A stretch of DNA of 64,000 nucleotides from an uncultured Chloroflexia bacterium (GTDB lineage: Bacteria > Chloroflexota > Chloroflexia > QHBQ01 > JADMIH01). The notes under the pieces were generated by a model. The model made no database searches and was not told where the DNA came from. It was given only the letters and a program-made list of their open reading frames with translations. Shown in pieces: positions 8,896 to 18,658 of the stretch (its first letter is position 1; the number at the start of each line of letters is the position of its first letter). The position numbers and the translations under genes were made by a program. The DNA lies in the NCBI GenBank assembly GCA_963797095.1, contig CAWCNY010000004.1, positions 160,001 through 224,000 of the forward strand, written 5' to 3'.

Positions 8896-11049
8896 ATGAC
8901 TGAAATGCTCAGCACGAATCGTGAGCGCATCGTCTGGTTGACGGCCGGCTTGTTGACGCTGATATGGCTGGTCATTTATCTCACAACGGTATCTCCCACA
9001 GTCAACTTCATAGATAGCGGTGAACTGATCACAGCCGTGCGCGAGCCTGGCGTGGCTCACCCGCCCGGATACCCTCTTTACGTTCTTCTGGGATATGTGG
9101 CTTCCCATGTGCTATGGGGAGAAGAAGCCTGGCGCGTGAATGTGCTTTCGGCGTTCTGGGGCGCGCTGGCAGTGGGCGCGTTCGTCCTTCTGACTTTCCG
9201 ATTGTCGGAATACGTGATTGCCGCTCGGACCGCGACCGCAATCCCGCGCACGAAGAGATCGACGCCGATGGCATCGAAAAATAGTGCCCCTCTCAAGCGC
9301 AGTCAGCAAGGGGTGAATCAGGCTGCCGTGAGCGCGCGCAAAGAGAGGCAACCAGCACCCGGACAGGGGAATGATCGGTCGATCACGCGGCCTGAAGAAG
9401 ACAAAGCCAGCCCGCGGCTGGTCCTTCTGATGATTGCAGGTTCAGTGGCGGGAGCATCGCTGATTGCTAGCTCCGCCACGTTTTGGAGTCGGACGGCGCA
9501 GGCCAAGATGTACAGCCTTCACTTCTTCTTCGTCGCCGTGATCCTCATACTTGCCCTCGGATACAGGCGTGCCTATGAGCGCCAGGACGAAAAGACCGCA
9601 GCGCGCTGGTTGATATTCCTGGCCGCTACGCTTGGCCTTTCGTTTACCAATCACCTTATGACTGTGCTGCTTGTCATACCGGTTGCTCTCATGTTGCTTA
9701 TGGGTGAGGATGCGAGCAGGAGACTTACCTTTATCGTTCGGAGGTTAGCTGTACTTCTTCCGGCGTTCTTGCTACCGTTGCTGCTCTATCTCTATCTCCC
9801 GATCAGAGCCTCTGAAGGGCCAATTATGAATTGGGGAACACCAGATACCTGGGGGGACTTCTGGAGGCACATTTCGGGCTGGCAGTTTAGCACTTTTCTG
9901 CTCAGTGATATCGGTGCCAATATAACGCGCAACAGCGCATTGATCCCACGATACGCGGGCGAACAGTGGGGCTTTCTGAGCTTAATCGTCATCGCAGGCG
10001 GATTTGTAGCAGGTGCTCTCCTCTTCAGGGTACGGCCTTCGGTCCTCTGGCCGACGTTCGTATTGCTTGTGCTCACGCTGTTCTTCTCACTTATCTATGG
10101 TATCTCCGAGATCGAGCCATACATGACACCGTTCTATGCAATGTTAGCCGTGTGGATTGGGTTGGCTCCGGTTTCATGGTTCCTATATTCGAGAGAGCAC
10201 GCTCGACAGCATTATCGCCAATCACCTGGGGCGCGCAACGCGCGGGCTGCTACGGAGCGTGGTAAGCAACTGGATGTTCCCTGGTTGGTAACGGCAGTGA
10301 TGGGCGTCGCGGCATTGGGCAGCATCTTTCTCGTCTACCCACAAGAGAACTTCAGCAATAACAGGCTGGCGGAGCAGTTCGTACTCAATGTGTTCAACGA
10401 ATTACCTGAGAACAGCATCGTCATCACAGATTACTGGGATTTCTATGCTCCCACATACTATCTGCAGATCGTAAAGGGGGTGCGGCAGGATGTTGTGGTT
10501 ATTGATAAATCCTTGCTGCGCTATCCCTGGTATACAACGCAGTTGCGGCTCCGTTATCCATGGCTGATTGAGAATTCCAACGACATTGTGGCGAGCTTTT
10601 CTCTTGAACAGCGCAAGTGGGTGAACGGTGAATATTTTGACTCCAATGCGCTCACCAAGTATTATTTTGACTTGCTCACATCCTTTGTTGAGCGCAATGC
10701 ACCGGACCATCCAGCATATATGCTAATCTCCCAGCCATGTCCCGCCAACCAGCAATGCGAGGAATCACAGATCGCGCCAACGTGGACACGCGTGCCGCTT
10801 GGATTGGTCGATAAACTCGTACCACAGGGCACCACCAATGTCTCGATTCCGCCGGAGCCGACCTATGTGACCGATGGTATTACGACAAATCCTGTTGGGC
10901 TCGATGACGCGGCCCGTCTCAACTCGGTACGGTACGTGGATGCCTACCGTCGCCTTGCCGTGCTCTACAGCGCGGCACAAGAAAGCCAGGCAGCCCAAAG
11001 AATGACAGATCGTGCTGCACAAATCGAGGCGGTGCTGCAAAACAGATAG
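8896..11049 (+). CDS. DUF2723 / TMEM260-like (GT117) membrane glycosyltransferase
   Basis: DSGELIT...GVAHPPGYPLY motif, YLPIRA and NWGTPDTW; many TM helices. Confidence 0.85.
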   Translation: MTEMLSTNRERIVWLTAGLLTLIWLVIYLTTVSPTVNFIDSGELITAVREPGVAHPPGYPLYVLLGYVASHVLWGEEAWRVNVLSAFWGALAVGAFVLLTFRLSEYVIAARTATAIPRTKRSTPMASKNSAPLKRSQQGVNQAAVSARKERQPAPGQGNDRSITRPEEDKASPRLVLLMIAGSVAGASLIASSATFWSRTAQAKMYSLHFFFVAVILILALGYRRAYERQDEKTAARWLIFLAATLGLSFTNHLMTVLLVIPVALMLLMGEDASRRLTFIVRRLAVLLPAFLLPLLLYLYLPIRASEGPIMNWGTPDTWGDFWRHISGWQFSTFLLSDIGANITRNSALIPRYAGEQWGFLSLIVIAGGFVAGALLFRVRPSVLWPTFVLLVLTLFFSLIYGISEIEPYMTPFYAMLAVWIGLAPVSWFLYSREHARQHYRQSPGARNARAATERGKQLDVPWLVTAVMGVAALGSIFLVYPQENFSNNRLAEQFVLNVFNELPENSIVITDYWDFYAPTYYLQIVKGVRQDVVVIDKSLLRYPWYTTQLRLRYPWLIENSNDIVASFSLEQRKWVNGEYFDSNALTKYYFDLLTSFVERNAPDHPAYMLISQPCPANQQCEESQIAPTWTRVPLGLVDKLVPQGTTNVSIPPEPTYVTDGITTNPVGLDDAARLNSVRYVDAYRRLAVLYSAAQESQAAQRMTDRAAQIEAVLQNR

Positions 11050-11053
11050 TTGG

Positions 11054-12442
11054 CTAGGATATGCCGAACACGCTGCGACGCTTCACAAAAATATAGGCCA
11101 CTACGCCAGCACACACGAGTGCGCCGATGAAGAGCGCGACAGGCGCGCCAAAGTGATCTGCTATGATGCCTGCTTGCAAATTGCCTGCGGGAGCCATGCC
11201 CACAAAGAGGAATGCAAATACTCCATTCACCCGCCCGCGTAGCTCGTCGGGCACGCTCGTTTGGACCAGGGTATTGACGGTGGCATTTATCGAGATCATC
11301 GCGCATCCAACACCGACAAGCAGCGCAAGCGACAGCCAGTATGTGGTCGAAAGGGCGAATGTGCCCAGGAATATCGGCAGTCCAATCGCACCCAGCATGA
11401 TGATACGCCCACGTCTGGTGGTGGACCTTCCACTCTGGATAGTCAGACTCAGGGCCCCAATCAGCGATCCCACGCCCGCCAGCGCCATCAGGGTGCCGTA
11501 CCCCTCTGTGCCCACCTTGAGAATACTGTCCGCCATGATCGGCATCAGAACGGAGTAGGGAAAGGCGAAGATGCTGACAGTCATGATCAGCAACATTAGG
11601 GTGCCGATCACTGCATTGTGTCGGACGTAGCTTAGGCCTTCCAGAATTCTCTTTGCTGAGTTGTTAGAATCGCGCTTCCTCACAACAGGGTCGATCTTCA
11701 TCATGAACAACCCCGCAATCACAGCTAGATAAGAAATCCCGTTCAAGAGGAACGCCATGCCTGGGCCTTGCCATGCAAGGGCTATGGCTCCGATTGCAGG
11801 CCCGAGCACGCGTGCTCCATTGAAGATGGCAGAATTGAGGGCAACTGCATTCATTAGGTCGCCTTTACCCACCATCTCTACGGTGAACGACTGGCGAGCA
11901 GGCGCATCGAATGCGAAGACGCTGCCAAGCAAGAGCGAGATCGCGAGCACATGCCAAACCTCAACCGTGCCCGCCAGAGTCAAAGCTGCCAATACGAAGG
12001 CGGCCAGCATCGAGATTGTTTGTGTCCAGATAATGAGGGTTCGCTTCGGAACCTTGTCTGCAATCTCGCCCGCCCACAATGAAAGGAGCAGCACAGGTAT
12101 GGAGTTGGCAAAGCCCACCATACCAAGCCAGAAGGCGGAGTGAGTAAGTTCCAGTACTAACCAGGCGCGGGCCACCATTTGCATCCATGTACCCACCAGG
12201 GAAATCAGCTGCCCTGTCCAGTAGAGCCTGAAATTCCTGTGTCCAAGCGCCCGCAGCGACAGAGGCAAGGGGATATTGATCGCCAGTAGAGGAAAAGATG
12301 GCCGACTAGTAACTTCTGATTCGGTGGTTACATCTTGGGGAGAAGGTGTTAGCGTGGCGCTGTCCAATGCTATTGCCTGTTGTAGTGGCGCGCCCCCACC
12401 TCCATATTGAAAGGTCTCAGGTCTGTTTGCTTGTTGTTGCAT
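11054..12442 (-). CDS. MFS transporter (DHA3/MFS_3-like)
   Basis: RNFRLYWTGQLISLVGTWMQ, DAPARQSF, NAVALNS and PDELRGRV; about 12 TM. Confidence 0.92.
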   Translation of the reverse strand: MQQQANRPETFQYGGGGAPLQQAIALDSATLTPSPQDVTTESEVTSRPSFPLLAINIPLPLSLRALGHRNFRLYWTGQLISLVGTWMQMVARAWLVLELTHSAFWLGMVGFANSIPVLLLSLWAGEIADKVPKRTLIIWTQTISMLAAFVLAALTLAGTVEVWHVLAISLLLGSVFAFDAPARQSFTVEMVGKGDLMNAVALNSAIFNGARVLGPAIGAIALAWQGPGMAFLLNGISYLAVIAGLFMMKIDPVVRKRDSNNSAKRILEGLSYVRHNAVIGTLMLLIMTVSIFAFPYSVLMPIMADSILKVGTEGYGTLMALAGVGSLIGALSLTIQSGRSTTRRGRIIMLGAIGLPIFLGTFALSTTYWLSLALLVGVGCAMISINATVNTLVQTSVPDELRGRVNGVFAFLFVGMAPAGNLQAGIIADHFGAPVALFIGALVCAGVVAYIFVKRRSVFGIS

Positions 12443-12479
12443 AAATCCCTTTTGCGATATAAGTTGTGGTAGTTGATAT

Positions 12480-12514
12480 GTTAGAAGTATATCTAACTTA
12501 GAGGCTTAAGTCAA
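12480..12514 (-). promoter_or_regulatory. sigma70 promoter of the MFS gene with an overlapping operator palindrome
   Basis: Minus strand TTGACT-17-TATACT (12514-12486). The inverted repeat GTTAGA-N6-TCTAAC (12480-12497) is centred on the -10. Confidence 0.7.
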
Positions 12515-12556
12515 TTGATCGACGCTCTCACCGAACGCCTTACGACGTGGAAAACC

Positions 12557-12585
12557 TTGACTGTCACACCCACGAATGATATAAT
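12557..12585 (+). promoter_or_regulatory. near-consensus sigma70 promoter
   Basis: TTGACT-17-TATAAT with an extended -10 TG. Confidence 0.8.
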
Positions 12586-12650
12586 GGCGTTGTCGGTGAA
12601 AAATCGCCGGCCTGGCCAATCGGTTCTCAGTCGTGAGCAAGGAGGTTCTT

Positions 12651-12704
12651 ATGACCACAACCAAAACTCACGTGATGGAAGTTCGATTCCAGGTGGATCG
12701 ATAA
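12651..12704 (+). CDS. 17-aa small ORF MTTTKTHVMEVRFQVDR
   Basis: AAGGAGG RBS 5 nt before the ATG; lies inside the candidate transcript. Confidence 0.45.
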   Translation: MTTTKTHVMEVRFQVDR

Positions 12705-12752
12705 GGCCTCCAGGAAAGACTTTCGGGTCGTTCCGGGGGCACAACCGAACTG

Positions 12753-12789
12753 GAAGGCACTCAGCATAACTGAGTGCCTTCTGCCTTTT
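12753..12789. terminator. intrinsic terminator hairpin, possibly bidirectional
   Basis: GAAGGCACTCAG-cataa-CTGAGTGCCTTC 12-bp perfect stem between converging units. Confidence 0.75.
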
Positions 12790-12808
12790 ACCGCAAACTT
12801 GCTCGAAA

Positions 12809-13912
12809 TTAGATTACGAATTTGCCGTTCTCGTAGAGCGTTGCGCCATCCACGACTACGCGTCCTTCCTTCATATCAGTCACCATGTCCCAATGGATCG
12901 CTGAGGTATTGGTTCCTCCAGCGTTCGGATAGGCATTCCCCAGGGCGCAATGTATAGAACCGGCAATCTTTTCGTCAAAGAGAGTGTTTCTTGTTATCCT
13001 GGTAACGCCGGTATTCGTACCGATGGCAAACTCTCCTAGCCGCCTCGCACCTTCGTCCAGGTTTAGCATTGCGTTCAAATAATCCTCGCCCGTATCTGCC
13101 CGATGTTCGGTAACACGCCCGTTCTCAAACTTCAGGTACACTCCCTGCACAGAGCGTCCATTGTAGGACGCCGGGTAGCTAAAGGTGATATGACCCTGGA
13201 CGGTCTCATGGACGGGCGAGGTGAAGACCTCGCCACTCGGGAAATTGCGTTTGCCATCGGAATTGATGAACACCCTTCCTTCTATTGACATCTCCAGGTC
13301 GGTGCCGGGCGCTTCGACTTGCACTTGCCGTTTCCCGGCTAACCAATCGACTATGCGCTGCTGATCTTCCGACACTTCACGCCAGCGCTCAGCAGGCTCG
13401 CGATCATCATCAAGGAGGCAGGCGCGAAACACGAAGTCTTCAAATTCGGAGAGACTCATCTCAGCGTCCTGGGCGTAGGCTTCTGTTGGAAAGAGAGTGA
13501 GGCAATGAGGTCTGCCCTCCATAATGCGCTTCATATAGCCAGCCCCAATCGGGCCTGCCCCTCTCTTTAGAAGTCCTAGACGGGCAGTATCTACATTATT
13601 GAGGCTGCGTGTATTCTCGTCGCTTAAGATGCGAAGTATAGCATCCGATTCTTCCACTATCCGCATCTGGTATGGATTTACCCTGGTTAGTTGAGCGTCA
13701 TTTCCTTCTTTCAAGAGCAGTTCATCGAGCCACGGAGTGCTGATAAAGACATAGGGTTGAGCGCCCCGCAAGATTACTTCGTGGGAAACCGATTTGATCA
13801 GTGGCAGGGCGGCTGTCGTGCCGACAATCGCCACTTCCCATCCTTCTTGTGCCTCCAGGGAGTACTCGACGAGCACCCGAGCCATCCTGGCAACTCTTGG
13901 GTCTTCCAGCAC
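12809..13912 (-). CDS. M29 family aminopeptidase (AmpS/AmpT-like)
   Basis: NFPSGEVFT, LGEFAIGTN, LFDEKIAG, HCALGNAY and SAIHWD. Confidence 0.93.
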   Translation of the reverse strand: MLEDPRVARMARVLVEYSLEAQEGWEVAIVGTTAALPLIKSVSHEVILRGAQPYVFISTPWLDELLLKEGNDAQLTRVNPYQMRIVEESDAILRILSDENTRSLNNVDTARLGLLKRGAGPIGAGYMKRIMEGRPHCLTLFPTEAYAQDAEMSLSEFEDFVFRACLLDDDREPAERWREVSEDQQRIVDWLAGKRQVQVEAPGTDLEMSIEGRVFINSDGKRNFPSGEVFTSPVHETVQGHITFSYPASYNGRSVQGVYLKFENGRVTEHRADTGEDYLNAMLNLDEGARRLGEFAIGTNTGVTRITRNTLFDEKIAGSIHCALGNAYPNAGGTNTSAIHWDMVTDMKEGRVVVDGATLYENGKFVI

Positions 13913-13936
13913 GCAATACCTCCAGGCTTTTAGAAG

Positions 13937-15241
13937 TTACGAAACAACATCAATCACCACCGGCGACGGCTCGACAGGCTCGTCTGCAATAGTAAAAGCA
14001 GATCGAAGTGTTTGCTCGATTGCCTCGGCGGATGATTCGCTTGAAGCATGGACGGTGACGAGGGGCTTGCCAACCTCTATCCGGTCGCCGACCTTGGCGC
14101 GCAAGACGAAGCCAACACTATGATCGATGCTGTCGGACTTCTTCTTACGGCCTCCACCGATCTCGACGGATGCATATCCTATTGTTTCGGCGGTGATCCC
14201 CGCCAGCCAGCCGCTCTCATCCGCAAGGAGGTCTCGTTGTACGGGTGCCTGTGGCAATAGATCTGGACTGTCAATGAAGCCGGTGTCGCCTCCCTGGTAT
14301 GCTATGAAGTCGCGAAGCGTACTCAGCCCCGCGCCTGACCGCAAGACATCCAGCAGATGATCACGGCCCGCTTCGATGGTCGATACTTTGCCTGCCATCT
14401 GCAGCAGGTTGGCACCCAGGATCAACGCCACTTCCAGCAGGTCGTCCGGTCCATTACCCCGCAAAGTGTCAACCGCTTCTCGTACCTCCAATGCATTGCC
14501 TATGGCCCAACCCAAAGGCTGGTCCATATCGGACAAGAGAGCGCGCACCTTTAGACCGACGCTTGACCCTAGATCACGCATCGCCTCGGCCAGGGCACGG
14601 GCGCTGCCGAGATTCTTCATAAACGCCCCACTGCCAACCTTCACATCAAGCACTACACCATTAGCTCCTGCAGCTATCTTCTTCGACATAATGCTGCTGG
14701 CGATCAGCGGCAAGCTGTCAACTGTGGCGGTAACATCGCGCATTTTGTAAAGAATGCCGTCTGCCGGCGCAAGATCGGCAGTTTGGGCGGCAACAACCAG
14801 GCCAACGCGCCGCACCCCCTCAAGAAACTGCTCGGTAGTCAAGGCGCAATTCATCCCCTTGATAGACTCCAGTTTGTCGATCGTCCCGCCGGAGAAGCCG
14901 AGGCCACGGCCAGACATTTTAGCGATTGGCACCCCGGCGGCTGCCACAAGCGGGGCGACCACCAGCGTGGTCTTGTCACCGACACCACCCGTGGAGTGTT
15001 TGTCACCTACGAAACCACCTGTTGATGAGAGATCGAGGCGTTGGCCGGAATTCACCATCGCCATTGTGAGATCAGCGGTCTCTTGCGCGGTCATGCCTTG
15101 AAAAAAGACTGCCATCAGCCAGGCACTAATCTGGTAATCGGGAATGCTTCCATCTGTCACGCCTTTGATCAACCAGTCAATTTGCTCATGGCTCAACTCA
15201 TGACCGTCACGCTTGGTCGTTATTATGTCAACTACATTCAC
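13937..15241 (-). CDS. pdp: pyrimidine-nucleoside phosphorylase
   Basis: DKHSTGGVGDKT, KMSGRGLG, SSIMSKK and DVKVGSGAFMK. Confidence 0.95.
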   Translation of the reverse strand: MNVVDIITTKRDGHELSHEQIDWLIKGVTDGSIPDYQISAWLMAVFFQGMTAQETADLTMAMVNSGQRLDLSSTGGFVGDKHSTGGVGDKTTLVVAPLVAAAGVPIAKMSGRGLGFSGGTIDKLESIKGMNCALTTEQFLEGVRRVGLVVAAQTADLAPADGILYKMRDVTATVDSLPLIASSIMSKKIAAGANGVVLDVKVGSGAFMKNLGSARALAEAMRDLGSSVGLKVRALLSDMDQPLGWAIGNALEVREAVDTLRGNGPDDLLEVALILGANLLQMAGKVSTIEAGRDHLLDVLRSGAGLSTLRDFIAYQGGDTGFIDSPDLLPQAPVQRDLLADESGWLAGITAETIGYASVEIGGGRKKKSDSIDHSVGFVLRAKVGDRIEVGKPLVTVHASSESSAEAIEQTLRSAFTIADEPVEPSPVVIDVVS

Positions 15242-16491
15242 CTGCTCAACTCCTTGCCTGAGCGCTTATGTTCTCGCAAAGGGTTGCAGCCGAGTAGATT
15301 GCAGACTTCGATTGGCTCTCCTCCGTGCAGGTAATACCTGGGCACACGCTCAGAAAGGCCGCACAGGACTTCGTATGAAATCGTGCCCTGCCACTTCGCA
15401 AGGTCATCCGCAGTAATCTCATCCTCACCTTGCTTGCCTATCAACACCACTTCCTCGCCTTCGACAGGTTCGGGCAGTGATGTGACATCAATGCATAACT
15501 GGTCCATGCTAACACGCCCGATGACAGGACAACGGTTGCCACGCACCAATACCTGTCCTCGATCTGAGAGTAACCTGCTATAGCCATCGGCATAGCCGAC
15601 GGGCACAAGGCCCACTAGAGTTGCGCGTTGGGCAGTCCAGGTGCGACCATAACCGATGGGCTCTCCCGAGTGCGCCAGGTGAACCCGCGCTAAACGAGAG
15701 CGAAGGGTGAGGGCCTTTGTTAAATCTATTCTGGTTGCCAGATGCTGGGCAGGGAGATGGCCGCTCAACATTATGCCAACCCGCACCATGTCAAAGCGGG
15801 CCTCAGGTAGGGCCAGAGCAGCAGCAGAATTAGCGGCGTGCACAATTTCGAAGGAGAACCCTTTACCTACGGCTTCGGTGCGCAGTCTATTGAACAAGGC
15901 CAATTGTCTGTGCGCATAACCTGGGTCAGCGGAATCGGCATCGGCAAAGTGAGTCATCAGGCCCTCGACCCGCAGGTGCGGGAGGCTCGCCACCTCAGCC
16001 ATAAGTGGCATGAACTCTTCTGGAAGACAACCATAACGGCCCAGGCCGGTATCAACCTTGATATGTACGGCAACCTTGCCTGTTCCCGCCTGTTTCGCAG
16101 CTTCTTCCAGGGCATTGGCACTACGAGCACCGTGGAGGGTCAAAGTCAGCCGGTTGCCAACGGCTGCCACAGCTTCGTCGGGCGGAACGTAGCCCATGAC
16201 AAGCAACGGACCTGTGTAGCCTGCGCGGCGCAATTGCACACCCTCGTCCACACACGCGACCGCCAACCAGGAAGCCCCGCCTTCGAGCGCTGCCGCAGCT
16301 ACCCATGGTGCGCCCAGGCCATACCCATCAGCCTTCACGACGGCCACCACACGGCACCTAGGGCCCACGACCTTCTTGATAGCGCGCACATTTGAGGCGA
16401 TCGCAGACAGGTCTATCTCCGCTTTGACAGGGCGGCCCCATGCAGGTTCCTCCAGCAAAGTATTCTGACTTTGGATTGCAGGCTCAATCAC
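15238..16491 (-). CDS. alr: alanine racemase
   Basis: VVKADGYGLG (PLP lysine), KVDTGLGRYG, GYADG and GRVSMD. Start set to GTG 16491 because the longer ORF overlaps nnr. Confidence 0.95.
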   Translation of the reverse strand: MIEPAIQSQNTLLEEPAWGRPVKAEIDLSAIASNVRAIKKVVGPRCRVVAVVKADGYGLGAPWVAAAALEGGASWLAVACVDEGVQLRRAGYTGPLLVMGYVPPDEAVAAVGNRLTLTLHGARSANALEEAAKQAGTGKVAVHIKVDTGLGRYGCLPEEFMPLMAEVASLPHLRVEGLMTHFADADSADPGYAHRQLALFNRLRTEAVGKGFSFEIVHAANSAAALALPEARFDMVRVGIMLSGHLPAQHLATRIDLTKALTLRSRLARVHLAHSGEPIGYGRTWTAQRATLVGLVPVGYADGYSRLLSDRGQVLVRGNRCPVIGRVSMDQLCIDVTSLPEPVEGEEVVLIGKQGEDEITADDLAKWQGTISYEVLCGLSERVPRYYLHGGEPIEVCNLLGCNPLREHKRSGKELSR

Positions 16492-16525
16492 AATAGCACG
16501 TCCAGTTTGCTGCCATGTCCACTTT

Positions 16526-18181
16526 CTAGCGTCCTCGAACCTTGCGTTGGGCGTGAGCCAGCAAAAGGGGTAGATCGCCTGATAGTCCGCCCGAAACGCC
16601 AAACTGGTCACGCATGAGCTCACCCGCCGTTCCGTGCAGATAAACACCTGCGCGGGCGGCATCAAGTGGAGAAAGGCCCTGCGCCAGCAAGCCGACAATT
16701 GCTCCCGCCAGAACATCGCCCGTGCCAGCCGTTGCGAGGGCGGGGTTGGAAAACGGACTGATGTACACTTTGCCTTTCGGGTCGGCTATAACAGTAGCCG
16801 CACCCTTCAACACAACTATCTGCTTCCATTCGGAGGCTGCTCGGCGTGCAGTGCCGACGCGATCAGACTGCACATCGTCGATCGTGGAGTTAAGCAATCG
16901 AGCCATTTCGCCTGGGTGAGGTGTGAGAACTGTATTCTGAGGGACCGCTCCTGTCCACTCGTCCCATTCGGCAAGAATGTTGAGGGCATCCCCGTCCAGC
17001 ACGAGCGGCGGTAAATGGGGTGGCTGGGATGGATGGGTCCCAACCGGAGCGGCCTGCGCGGCGAACCCTATGGGGCGTGTTGACGCATGAGCAACGGATT
17101 CCTGGCTGGCAAAAAGACCCTTGATGAAGGCCACAGTCTCCTTGTCCTTGCCAAGTCCACTGCCTACCAGGAGCGACGTGTAGTCTTGCAATGCGTCGAC
17201 CAGTTTTTCGATAGCATGCGGCGTAAGCGCTCCGAGATCTGAAGGGAGCGGCAAGAAAGTGCATTCGGTTAGCTTGGCCGCCATGATGGCGAGCAAGTCA
17301 CCTGGGCAACCAAGAGTGACCAATCCAGCGCCGACTCGCATTGCACCCTGCACTGCCAGGGCAGCAGCCCCTATGTAGTTTATGGAACCGGCCACTACGA
17401 ATGCTTTACCAAAAGTGCCTTTGTTAGCATCGTCGGGACGCGAGGGCAATATTGCTCGGACGCTCTCGTCCGTGAGTAACTCACCGCGAGCGGTCGAGCG
17501 GCTATCTTGTGCGTTCAATCCTATATCCTCCAACCTTAATTGTCCCATGTAAACTTTTCCCGGGTGCAGGAAGTGACCGTATTTATAGTGACCAAAGGTG
17601 ACGGTGAAGTCGGCAATGGCAGCAACACCCATAACTGATCCTGTATCGCTATCGATGCCGGTTGGAATATCGACCGCCATGCATTTTCGTGCGGATGCGG
17701 CAAGGCGTGTTACTATGCCCGCAAGGGCTCCTTCAATATTCCGCTTCAATCCTGTGCCGAGTAAACCATCAACTACAACTGTACACCAATTGAGAGATTC
17801 GTCCAAGATGCTCTCCCAGGATCCCGATCCAAGATCTATGAGGGGAACCCTGGACTCGGCGAGTGGAACACGTAGGTGCTCGTCACCTTCGGCGCGGCGC
17901 TTCCAGAGAAGGCACCGGACGTCCCAGCCATTAAGAGCAAGGTGGCGAGCGATTACCAGGCCATCGCCCCCGTTGTTGCCGGGCCCGCAAAGCACAAGTA
18001 CCTGTTGCCGGGTCCGGGCATCGAGCCAATCGAGAATGGCGCGGGCAGCGCTGGCCCCCGCAGCCTCCATTAGCCCTTGCCACGTTGCGCCACGCGCCAC
18101 TGAGGCCGACTCGATTGACCTCATCTCGTCAGCAGTTACCAACAGCGGCGAATCTGACGCCGACTCCGCTGGAAGTGCCAT
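16526..18181 (-). CDS. nnr: bifunctional NAD(P)H-hydrate epimerase/dehydratase
   Basis: GPGNNGGDG, DIPTG, NKGTFG, TPHPGE and ATAGTGDVLAG. Start set to ATG 18181. Confidence 0.95.
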   Translation of the reverse strand: MALPAESASDSPLLVTADEMRSIESASVARGATWQGLMEAAGASAARAILDWLDARTRQQVLVLCGPGNNGGDGLVIARHLALNGWDVRCLLWKRRAEGDEHLRVPLAESRVPLIDLGSGSWESILDESLNWCTVVVDGLLGTGLKRNIEGALAGIVTRLAASARKCMAVDIPTGIDSDTGSVMGVAAIADFTVTFGHYKYGHFLHPGKVYMGQLRLEDIGLNAQDSRSTARGELLTDESVRAILPSRPDDANKGTFGKAFVVAGSINYIGAAALAVQGAMRVGAGLVTLGCPGDLLAIMAAKLTECTFLPLPSDLGALTPHAIEKLVDALQDYTSLLVGSGLGKDKETVAFIKGLFASQESVAHASTRPIGFAAQAAPVGTHPSQPPHLPPLVLDGDALNILAEWDEWTGAVPQNTVLTPHPGEMARLLNSTIDDVQSDRVGTARRAASEWKQIVVLKGAATVIADPKGKVYISPFSNPALATAGTGDVLAGAIVGLLAQGLSPLDAARAGVYLHGTAGELMRDQFGVSGGLSGDLPLLLAHAQRKVRGR

Positions 18182-18186
18182 AATTA

Positions 18187-18648
18187 CTATTTTCGAAGGT
18201 AGGCCACCACCATAGCGCAAGCCATTGTGCGGCTATGCGACAGGCTTACGGCCAATGATGTGATCCCTAGCTGCACTGCGCGCTCACGGGCTGCACCGTG
18301 CAGGAAAACCAGCGGCTTACCCATACGATCGCGCAGGATTTCAATTTCGCGCCAGTTATGGTTGGGGAGTCCTGTTCCCAGCGCCTTGGCTGCGGCCTCC
18401 TTGCCTGCGAAGCGCGCCGCAAGCGCCGAGTACCTGCCGGCGCATATCGTCTGCTCGCGCTCGGTCCATACCCGGTCTAGAAATCGTTGGCCCCACCTGG
18501 ACACAGACTGGCCGATCCTATCGATCTCAACGATATCTACACCGCACTGCACCCAGCCGTCAAGCGCATCTGACAATAGAATCCCATCCGCCATCCAGAC
18601 CGGTAGACCTGCGGCCTCGCTTGGCGATGGCGGGCGCTCATCCTGCAT
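18187..18648 (-). CDS. acpS: holo-ACP synthase
   Basis: GVDIVEIDRI, ARFAGKEAAAKALGTG and SLSHS. Confidence 0.95.
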   Translation of the reverse strand: MQDERPPSPSEAAGLPVWMADGILLSDALDGWVQCGVDIVEIDRIGQSVSRWGQRFLDRVWTEREQTICAGRYSALAARFAGKEAAAKALGTGLPNHNWREIEILRDRMGKPLVFLHGAARERAVQLGITSLAVSLSHSRTMACAMVVAYLRK

Positions 18649-18658
18649 GATCTATCCT

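Larger units (their letters stand above)
12592..12789 (+). ncRNA. candidate structured small RNA or small-peptide mRNA
   Basis: Bounded by a strong promoter and an intrinsic terminator, with four hairpins and no downstream plus-strand gene. Confidence 0.55.

Noticed and set aside
12676-12691. GTTCGA T-loop-like motif suggesting a tRNA or tmRNA
   Set aside because: There is no cloverleaf, acceptor stem or CCA end, and the peptide lacks a tmRNA-tag-like Ala-rich end.
12515-12769. 84-aa plus-strand ORF
   Set aside because: It has a TTG start without an RBS, begins upstream of the promoter and ends in the terminator. The short ORF/RNA explains the region better.
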